Assembly (NCBI GenBank): GCA_964610305.1 | Contig: CAZSVL010000003.1 | Span: 13,122 to 77,121, forward strand | Origin: an uncultured Gammaproteobacteria bacterium | GTDB taxonomy: Bacteria > Patescibacteriota > Patescibacteriia > Magasanikbacterales > JBBTXJ01 | DNA: 64,000 nucleotides | Reading direction: 5' to 3' | Shown: positions 58,599 to 64,000 of the stretch, one piece after another | How positions within the stretch are numbered: the first letter of the stretch is position 1 | Layout: each line of letters begins with the position of its first letter | Program-made: the position numbers and the translations under genes | The notes under the pieces: model-generated | Seen by the model: the letters and a program-made list of their open reading frames with translations, nothing else | Database searches by the model: none | What the model was told of the DNA's origin: nothing

Positions 58599-58910
58599 TT
58601 AGTCAATGTCCAGATCATACTCGTCCCAGTAGGGGTCTCCGTCTAGATCTGCACATTCATCAGAGTGCGAAACGGCACAGCCTTCATCGCAGAAGTCCAT
58701 GTACCAATCGCAGCCTTCATCATAGCAGGATCTGCAATCAGCGAGTGCTTTGATGAAGTACTCGTTTTCGTCACAGAGCTCCCAGCTTTCCACTGTAGAG
58801 AGCTTGACCGATCCGAGGGTTGGTAGATCTTCAAAGGCCGCATCAAAGAGACCTTCCACGATCTCGTTTTTTGCGTCAAGGAGCGGCCGACTATTCCGGT
58901 GAAATGACAT
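58599..58910 (-). CDS. Small acidic Cys-rich hypothetical protein
   Basis: MSFHRN start; Asp/Glu/Cys-rich; own promoter. Confidence 0.55.
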   Translation of the reverse strand: MSFHRNSRPLLDAKNEIVEGLFDAAFEDLPTLGSVKLSTVESWELCDENEYFIKALADCRSCYDEGCDWYMDFCDEGCAVSHSDECADLDGDPYWDEYDLDID

Positions 58911-59073
58911 TGTTTCCCTTTTCAGTGAAAGAAGGACGATTAGCGCAGTATGAAGACAGTATAGCACATTTTGTACATTTTGTCAAGGGTAAAATGCCAC
59001 TTTATCTCTTATTTTAGCCAAATTTACGTAATAAAAAAACTGCCGTCTCCCGAAGGATCAGGCAGCGTGCACT

Positions 59074-59817
59074 TTACTGTTGAAAGTGCGGATTACGCTT
59101 CTGACACCAGAGCTTCTGACGCTCGTTCAGTGTGGACCAAAAGGCGACTTCGGCTTTGCTGAACTTCCTGCCCTGCCTGTAGTGGCCGATCAAGAAATCC
59201 TTTTTGATGCTGTAGCAGCGGCGTTGCCCACAGCTGTGGTAGACCTCTCTGGTTTCCCGCTCAGAGCCTTCCGTCAGTTCCATCCAGAAAAGCTCTTTGC
59301 CACTCACTTTGACCGCTCGGGAACCGATCCAAGCCTTGAGCATCTCATTGCTGATTTGCGGCTGGTGCGTTTTGTAACGCCGTCGCCAGGACCGGGGACT
59401 GCACTTGAGGATGCCGTCTTTGACGAAGGCGCCAAAGCAAGGCTTATCACCTTCACACCAGTGACAGCCAAAGCAGATCATTCGCGCGATGGTCTGCACC
59501 AGGACGTAGTTTCGCACTTTGCGCGTGTCGTAGCGTGCCGTCAGCTCGCTGTAGACATCGTCCCAGCGCCTGCCGTTTTGGGACTTCAGCCACTTGCTGA
59601 TGCATGCCGCGAAGTGATCGTGTTTGTCATCCCACCAGCCGGATTTTTCCAGCAGGGGAGTTGCCTGCTCGTCCCACAGATCAGGGTCTTGTGTCATTTT
59701 GTGACAGAACCGACGCGTCCTTTGCCTCTCCTTTCGCCGCAAAAAGGCGATGGCGTGTTTGTACCAGTTGGGGTGACCACCCTGCACGATGGTCCTTGCC
59801 AAGTTCCTGTTGGCCAT
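59074..59817 (-). CDS. Conserved hypothetical basic protein (paralog of 59944-60435)
   Basis: GGGAGG SD; KWLKSQNGRRWDDVYSEL. Confidence 0.75.
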   Translation of the reverse strand: MANRNLARTIVQGGHPNWYKHAIAFLRRKERQRTRRFCHKMTQDPDLWDEQATPLLEKSGWWDDKHDHFAACISKWLKSQNGRRWDDVYSELTARYDTRKVRNYVLVQTIARMICFGCHWCEGDKPCFGAFVKDGILKCSPRSWRRRYKTHQPQISNEMLKAWIGSRAVKVSGKELFWMELTEGSERETREVYHSCGQRRCYSIKKDFLIGHYRQGRKFSKAEVAFWSTLNERQKLWCQKRNPHFQQ

Positions 59818-59943
59818 GTTGGCCTCCCTGTTGATTTAACTAACCAACATGACTTACCTCCTCTGAATATTCCTTCGGCACAGAGCACAGCGTGTATGCC
59901 CTGTGTTAAAGTGCCATCCCGAGATTTTTCGGGATGGCTGGTG

Positions 59944-60435
59944 TTACTCTTCAGCGGTGTGCGGATGAGTGCTGGCGGTGGGGCGCCATCGCCATGGCGG
60001 AATTGCATTGTCACGCAAGATTCCGTCCTCATCAACTACGTAATAGGCTCCGCATTCGATGCTTTCTGAATCCACCATGTTTTGCTCGTGCCACATGGGC
60101 GCTACTTCTGGATCAATATGATCGTAGATCATATGACGCCCTTTGAGTGATCTTACATCGTGGCGTCGGTGGAGATCGCTTTTGACATCAGCCCATGGGC
60201 GTCCACATTGACGATCAAGCCAGCGATACACTGGATTGAGCGTATCAGAGAATTCTCGGTAGAACCAGCCACGATGCGGCTTGTCCTGGATGTCTAGATC
60301 ACTAGGATCTGCCGCGCATTGAAGAGTTCTCTTTGCGTTCTGCCGATTGTTGCGGTTGATTGCTCGGCGCTCAAATTTGCTTGCCTTGCTCCGGCCACCC
60401 TCAATGGCTGAGCGAGAGAGTTTTTTTGTTGCCAT
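59944..60435 (-). CDS. Conserved hypothetical basic protein (paralog of 59074-59817)
   Basis: GGAGG SD; RWLDRQCGRPWADVKSDL. Confidence 0.75.
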   Translation of the reverse strand: MATKKLSRSAIEGGRSKASKFERRAINRNNRQNAKRTLQCAADPSDLDIQDKPHRGWFYREFSDTLNPVYRWLDRQCGRPWADVKSDLHRRHDVRSLKGRHMIYDHIDPEVAPMWHEQNMVDSESIECGAYYVVDEDGILRDNAIPPWRWRPTASTHPHTAEE

Positions 60436-60514
60436 GCAACCTCCAATGTAGATTAAATAATCTTCATTGTAGGCCTCCGTGTTTATGCATGATGTGCTCC
60501 TTTATGATGCGAAG

Positions 60515-60670
60515 TGGAAGGGGTAGGATTCGATGAGCAAATGAGTGAGTGTAATAAACATGCTCGCATGCTTATTACCGAGCGAATGCTGCTCGGCCCG
60601 AAGGGCACCTACGAAGACGGTGTCGTCGGATTTACAATCCGGTGCCTTTAACCAACTCGGCCACCCTTCC
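60515..60670 (-). tRNA. tRNA-Tyr(GTA) with 73-nt T-loop insertion (60534-60606)
   Basis: GTAGGT[ins]TCGAATCCTAC; anticodon loop TTGTAAA. Confidence 0.87.
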
Positions 60671-60677
60671 ATTAAAG

Positions 60678-60752
60678 TATCCCCAAGGGGATTTGAACCC
60701 CTGCCTCCGGATTGAGAGTCCGGTGTCCTGAGCCTGACTAGACGATGGGGAC
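60678..60752 (-). tRNA. tRNA-Glu(CTC)
   Basis: CCGGA-CTCTCAA-TCCGG. Confidence 0.9.
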
Positions 60753-60756
60753 GGGG

Positions 60757-60830
60757 CGGTGATGACGAGACTTGAACTCGCAACCTTCGGCCTGACAAGC
60801 CGCTACACTAGCCAATTGTGTTACATCACC
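60757..60830 (-). tRNA. tRNA-Asp(GTC)
   Basis: CGGC-TTGTCAG-GCCG. Confidence 0.87.
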
Positions 60831-60868
60831 TGAAGGCTTGCCTGGCGTAGCCGAAGGCGAAGCCTGGG

Positions 60869-60941
60869 TGGAGCCGACAGGAATCGAACCTGCGACATCC
60901 GGCGTGCAAAGCCGGCGCTCTCCCAACTGAGCTACAGCCCC
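60869..60941 (-). tRNA. tRNA-Ala(TGC)
   Basis: CCGGC-TTTGCAC-GCCGG. Confidence 0.9.
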
Positions 60942-60948
60942 AAATAGG

Positions 60949-61037
60949 AGGAGGGGGTGGGATTTGAACCCACGGGACTCACTGGTGAGCCCAACGGGTT
61001 AGCAACCCGACGCCTTCAGCCACTCGGCCACCCCTCC
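60949..61037 (-). tRNA. tRNA-Ser(GCT)
   Basis: CGGG-TTGCTAA-CCCG, long variable arm. Confidence 0.9.
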
Positions 61038-61041
61038 ATAA

Positions 61042-61116
61042 TGCGCCCGGCGGGATTTGAACCCGCAACCACTGGATCCGGAGTCCAGCGCTCTACATCC
61101 ATTGAGCTACGGGCGT
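61042..61116 (-). tRNA. tRNA-Arg(CCG)
   Basis: CTGGA-CTCCGGA-TCCAG. Confidence 0.88.
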
Positions 61117-61121
61117 TCAAT

Positions 61122-61181
61122 GCTGAGGGCCGACGCTTTGGTCGCCCCCCCGACCCCTTCGGGCGTCGGGGCTACGGACGC
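61122..61181 (-). pseudogene. 5' fragment of an Arg-like tRNA with 44-nt D-stem insertion (61128-61171)
   Basis: GCGTCCGTAG[ins]CTCAGC then truncated. Confidence 0.78.
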
Positions 61182-61186
61182 TTAAG

Positions 61187-61259
61187 TACGCCGTGAGGGA
61201 ATTGAACCCCCGACCCATGGATTAAAAGTCCAGTGCTCTACCTACTGAGCTAACAGCGC
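61187..61259 (-). tRNA. tRNA-Lys(TTT)
   Basis: TGGA-CTTTTAA-TCCA. Confidence 0.9.
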
Positions 61260-61265
61260 ATAAAA

Positions 61266-61338
61266 GGTGAATGACGGGACTTGAACCCGCGACCTCTGGA
61301 GCCACAATCCAGCGCTCTCCCATCTGAGCTACATTCAC
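61266..61338 (-). tRNA. tRNA-His(GTG)
   Basis: CTGGA-TTGTGGC-TCCAG; C73. Confidence 0.9.
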
Positions 61339-61340
61339 AG

Positions 61341-61413
61341 TGCCAGAGACAAGAATTGAACTTGTGACTCAGGGATTTTCAATCCCCAGCTCTACCTACT
61401 GAGCTACCCTGGC
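61341..61413 (-). tRNA. tRNA-Phe(GAA), intron-less
   Basis: GGGGA-TTGAAAA-TCCCT. Confidence 0.9.
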
Positions 61414-61415
61414 AT

Positions 61416-61489
61416 AGAACGGAGGGGGACTCGAACCCCCGAACATCCGATTTGCAGTCGGAGCCCTTAGCCAACTCGGGTACCCGTTC
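61416..61489 (-). tRNA. tRNA-Cys(GCA)
   Basis: TCCGA-CTGCAAA-TCGGA. Confidence 0.88.
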
Positions 61490-61492
61490 AGA

Positions 61493-61562
61493 GATTTGTC
61501 TCCCTTCGGGAGATCTCCCGAAGGGAGACAGTCCTGTACCTAGCCAATTCGGACACTCATCC
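61493..61562 (-). pseudogene. 5' half of a tRNA-Cys with 30-nt palindromic insertion (61499-61528) in the anticodon
   Basis: GGATGAGTGTCCGAATTGGCTAGGTACAGGACTG[ins]CAAATC. Confidence 0.8.
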
Positions 61563-61567
61563 AGAAG

Positions 61568-61713
61568 TGCGCACACTTGGACTTGATCGGTAAACGAGTG
61601 AGTGGAGTAGGCATGCTTGCATGTCTACTCCCGAGCAAGTGCGACCGAGCCCGAAGGGTACCAAGGACCCTCTGGGTGTAAACCAGATGCTCTCCCAACT
61701 GAGCTATGCACGC
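61568..61713 (-). tRNA. tRNA-Val(TAC) with 73-nt T-loop insertion (61587-61659)
   Basis: CTTGGT[ins]TCAAGTCCAAG; anticodon loop TTTACAC. Confidence 0.87.
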
Positions 61714-61717
61714 GCAG

Positions 61718-61799
61718 TAGGTCGGGGGAGACTTGAACTCCCACGTCTAATGACACCAGATTTTGAATCTGGCGCGTCTACCGGTTCCGCCACCGACCC
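61718..61799 (-). tRNA. tRNA-Leu(CAA)
   Basis: CCAGA-TTCAAAA-TCTGG. Confidence 0.9.
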
Positions 61800-61871
61800 G
61801 TCTTTGTAATATGCTTCTATCAGAAAGTGAAGATTCACCGTCTGAATAAAAGGGGGAAGAGACTTCCCCGG

Positions 61872-61988
61872 AGCGGTAAGCCGGCCTCGAACCGACGACC
61901 CTCTGCTTGGAAGGCAGACGCTCTACCAACTGAGGACCGACGTTTCAGTCGGTCCCCCGACCCCTTTAGGCGTCGGGGCTATTACCGT
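61872..61988 (-). tRNA. tRNA-Gly(TCC) with 44-nt D-stem insertion (61935-61978)
   Basis: ACGGTAATAG[ins]CTCAGTTGGTAGAGC; TCTGC-CTTCCAA-GCAGA. Confidence 0.85.
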
Positions 61989-61998
61989 AAATTTAAAG

Positions 61999-62071
61999 AG
62001 CGGATGATCGGGCTTGAACCGATGACTATCTGGTTGGAAGCCAGATGCTCTCCCAACTGAGCTACATCCGC
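61999..62071 (-). tRNA. tRNA-Gly(TCC)
   Basis: TCTGG-CTTCCAA-CCAGA. Confidence 0.9.
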
Positions 62072-62075
62072 AAAG

Positions 62076-62148
62076 TACGCCGTGGAGGATTCGAACCTCC
62101 GACCGATGGATTAAGAGTCCACTGCTCTACCAACTGAGCTAACAGCGC
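62076..62148 (-). tRNA. tRNA-Lys(CTT)
   Basis: GTGGA-CTCTTAA-TCCAT. Confidence 0.9.
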
Positions 62149-62153
62149 AAAAG

Positions 62154-62224
62154 CTCGGGAACTAGGATTCGAACCTAGATGAACTGATCCAGAGTCAGCC
62201 GTCCTGCCGTTAGACGATTCCCGA
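62154..62224 (-). tRNA. tRNA-Gln(CTG)
   Basis: GCTGA-CTCTGGA-TCAGT. Confidence 0.9.
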
Positions 62225-62234
62225 ATGGTTAGTT

Positions 62235-62309
62235 GTCATTGCGAGCAGTGTAACTGCGAAGCAATCCGGTATGTAAGCAACGGGATTGCTTCGCTTTGCT
62301 TGCAATGAC
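62235..62309. repeat. GTCAT...ATGAC palindromic repeat within the tRNA array
   Basis: gtcattgcgagc...gaagcaatcc / ggattgcttcgc...gcaatgac. Confidence 0.85.
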
Positions 62310-62317
62310 GAGAGAGG

Positions 62318-62410
62318 AAGAGGGACTGGGATTCGAACCCAGGGAGCATCTTTTTAGGACGCCCAACGGTTTTCAAGACCGCCGCCTTCGACCAACTCGG
62401 CCACCCCTCC
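62318..62410 (-). tRNA. tRNA-Ser(TGA)
   Basis: GCGGT-CTTGAAA-ACCGT, long variable arm. Confidence 0.88.
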
Positions 62411-62414
62411 AGAG

Positions 62415-62485
62415 CTCCGGAACTAGGATTCGAACCTAGATAATAAGATCCAAAGTCTTACGTCCTGCCGTTAGACGATTCCGGA
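62415..62485 (-). tRNA. tRNA-Gln(TTG)
   Basis: TAAGA-CTTTGGA-TCTTA. Confidence 0.9.
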
Positions 62486-62503
62486 ATAAGGTGGTAAGAA
62501 AGG

Positions 62504-62577
62504 GGCCGGAGATCGGAATCGAACCGATGACCTGCGGGTTACAAATCCGCTGCTCTACCTAACTGAGCTAATCCGGC
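62504..62577 (-). tRNA. tRNA-Thr(TGT)
   Basis: GCGG-A-TTTGTAA-C-CCGC. Confidence 0.85.
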
Positions 62578-62582
62578 AAAAG

Positions 62583-62656
62583 TACGCCACCTAGGATTTG
62601 AACCTAGGACCTCTGGCTCCGCAAGCCAACGCTCTGTCCAACTGAGCTAGTGGCGC
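62583..62656 (-). tRNA. tRNA-Arg(GCG)
   Basis: TTGGC-TTGCGGA-GCCAG. Confidence 0.88.
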
Positions 62657-62657
62657 G

Positions 62658-62729
62658 CAGGCGGGGGAGGATTTGAACCTCCAGTCCAGGATTTGGAATC
62701 CTGTGGTTTGCCAATTAACCGACCCACCC
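62658..62729 (-). tRNA. tRNA-Trp(CCA)
   Basis: CAGGA-TTCCAAA-TCCTG. Confidence 0.88.
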
Positions 62730-62733
62730 AAAG

Positions 62734-62807
62734 TCCCCGGAGGTGGAGTTGAACCACCGACCTTTGGCATATCAGACCATTGCTCTAACCAACTGAGCTA
62801 CCCGGGA
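62734..62807 (-). tRNA. tRNA-Ile(GAT)
   Basis: TGGT-CTGATAT-GCCA. Confidence 0.82.
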
Positions 62808-62813
62808 GTAAAG

Positions 62814-62898
62814 TAGGCGAGGTGGGACTTGAACCCACACGTCATAAGACACTGGAACCTAAACCCAGCGCGTCTGCCAAATGTTCCGCCACTCGCCC
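62814..62898 (-). tRNA. tRNA-Leu(TAG)
   Basis: CTGGG-TTTAGGT-TCCAG. Confidence 0.9.
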
Positions 62899-62903
62899 TT
62901 ATT

Positions 62904-63086
62904 TTATTTCCACTGTCTTTTGCGCAGCTTTTTCCAGCTTTTGCTACGGCTTGATCGTGACTCGTTCTCAAATGAGTGCGGCTTGCAAAAAGAGCACTTA
63001 CCTGTCTTCTGAGAAATGACACCACGCCGCGCTTGGTTGTAAATCCTGCTTTCCGTTGCGCCGTCCATGATCTTCTTGAAGCTCAT
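62904..63086 (-). CDS. Small basic protein with CxxCxxH and SWK..RKRQWK tail
   Basis: AGGAG SD; embedded in the tRNA array. Confidence 0.72.
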   Translation of the reverse strand: MSFKKIMDGATESRIYNQARRGVISQKTGKCSFCKPHSFENESRSSRSKSWKKLRKRQWK

Positions 63087-63103
63087 TTCTATCTCCTAAG
63101 AAG

Positions 63104-63176
63104 TACGCCATGGAGGATTCGAACCTCCGACCAGTGGGTTAGAAATCCACTGCTCTGTCCCCTGAGCTAATGGCGC
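63104..63176 (-). tRNA. tRNA-Arg(TCT), uninterrupted
   Basis: GTGG-A-TTTCTAA-C-CCAC. Confidence 0.88.
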
Positions 63177-63247
63177 ATAGTGCTTTCGCAAAGCTGCTGC
63201 TAAATGCCCGGCGCAGGGATCTGACGACCCCTGCGCCTGGGCTTGCG

Positions 63248-63700
63248 TTAGGCGCTCATGATCTGTTCTTGGCTCCAGAGTGAATCTGGTGTAAAGAACT
63301 GATCTGCAGGCAAGCGGCCTTTCTGGTACTGCTGTGCCTCAGGTGAATCCGGCGGGTATTCCGTAAGTGCGGTAAACACGCACGGGCCGGAAGACCAAGG
63401 TGCGGCTTGCACCGCTTCAAAGAGTACACGTCCCAAAGGGAAGGTAAACTTTGAAAGCGTCACAAGTGAATCTGCGCCACATTGCTCTGCTTCATCGCAC
63501 GGCAGCGCAAAGGGATCTAGCCAGCTGTAGCCTCCCTCCTGATGAAGAACCGTGCTCTTGTAGAGCAGTCGGTCCTCCTGAGGCTCTCTTGTGCCGTCCG
63601 GAAAAATCCGGACTACTTGCTCGGTACACCAGTGCACCTGCTCGCCTGCCACGAGCTCTTGGGCTTTTTGGGTAAGCCCGAACCACTGCGTTGCGCGCAT
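63248..63700 (-). CDS. Hypothetical protein in tRNA array
   Basis: AAGGAGG SD; MRATQWFGL...EAVQAAPWSSGPCVFTAL. Confidence 0.72.
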   Translation of the reverse strand: MRATQWFGLTQKAQELVAGEQVHWCTEQVVRIFPDGTREPQEDRLLYKSTVLHQEGGYSWLDPFALPCDEAEQCGADSLVTLSKFTFPLGRVLFEAVQAAPWSSGPCVFTALTEYPPDSPEAQQYQKGRLPADQFFTPDSLWSQEQIMSA

Positions 63701-63800
63701 GCGTCCTCCTTTGCTGGCGCTTCTTCTCTGAGAATTTCATGCTAGGTTATCTCTAGCTAACCAACATGAAGGACGCTGCTTTTGTGCTTTGGAGCACAAG

Positions 63801-63873
63801 TATCCCCAACCGGATTTGCCCTGCACTACAAGAGTGCGGGGCACCCTGAACCTTTATGGTTCAGGGTGAACCC
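63801..63873 (-). pseudogene. 3' fragment of a tRNA-Glu with 50-nt double-hairpin T-loop insertion (63819-63868)
   Basis: GGGTT[ins]CAAATCCGGTTGGGGATA parallels the 3' end of the adjacent tRNA-Glu. Confidence 0.72.
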
Positions 63874-63881
63874 TGAGAAAG

Positions 63882-63956
63882 TATCCCCAAGGGGATTTGA
63901 ACCCCTGTTGCCAGCTTGAAAGGCTGGCGTCCTAGGCCGTACTAGACGATGGGGAC
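63882..63956 (-). tRNA. tRNA-Glu(TTC)
   Basis: CCAGC-CTTTCAA-GCTGG. Confidence 0.9.
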
Positions 63957-63961
63957 TAAAG

Positions 63962-64000
63962 TAGCGGGAACCGGATTTGAACCGGCGACCTCTGGGGTAT
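63962..64000 (-). tRNA. tRNA-Met(CAT)-like, partial at window end
   Basis: ...ATACCCCAGAGGTCGCCGGTTCAAATCCGGTTCCCGCTA; first anticodon base lies outside the window. Confidence 0.65.

Noticed and set aside
59080-60069. 329-aa plus-strand ORF
   Set aside because: Antisense to two paralogous minus-strand genes with good SD sites
60502-63025. Short ORFs across the tRNA array, and those over tmRNA and other tRNAs
   Set aside because: Overlap structural RNA genes; no coding features
60515-64000. Possible CRISPR array from recurring ggattcgaacc/tgagcta motifs
   Set aside because: These are conserved tRNA T- and D-arm sequences; no constant repeat-spacer period and no cas genes

Overview
Bacterial chromosomal window, most likely Patescibacteria/CPR (Parcubacteria/ABY1-like). 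This is inferred from the short RpoB, S6 with a long tail, tRNA-Arg(GCG), tRNA genes without encoded CCA and CPR-type surface proteins. Housekeeping genes (rpsF-ssb-rpsR, efp, recA, ftsK, rpoBC, glmS, yebC-ruvC, ruvB, nrdJ with NrdR boxes, nth, tmRNA) are interleaved with accessory ORFs. The window ends in a dense minus-strand array of at least 26 tRNA genes that partly duplicates the dispersed tRNA set. The most striking signal is that tRNA genes are repeatedly interrupted by four families of short (30-73 nt) structured insertions, each at its own fixed tRNA position: D-stem 10/11, anticodon 34/35, T-loop 54/55 and T-loop ~55/56. In five cases a truncated, interrupted copy lies beside an intact tRNA. 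These look like miniature tRNA-targeting mobile elements or non-canonical bacterial tRNA introns. Other notable items: a group I intron in tRNA-Phe next to a free-standing LAGLIDADG-like gene; an unassigned ~380-nt structured ncRNA with its own promoter and terminator; an IS110/Nop (Tas-like) protein with a degenerate RuvC-like domain and a structured 5' leader; a four-helix-bundle gene bracketed by a perfect 25-bp inverted repeat; and 11 GTCAT...ATGAC palindromic repeats, two of them translated inside proteins. All calls were made by eye; no searches or folding programs were run.
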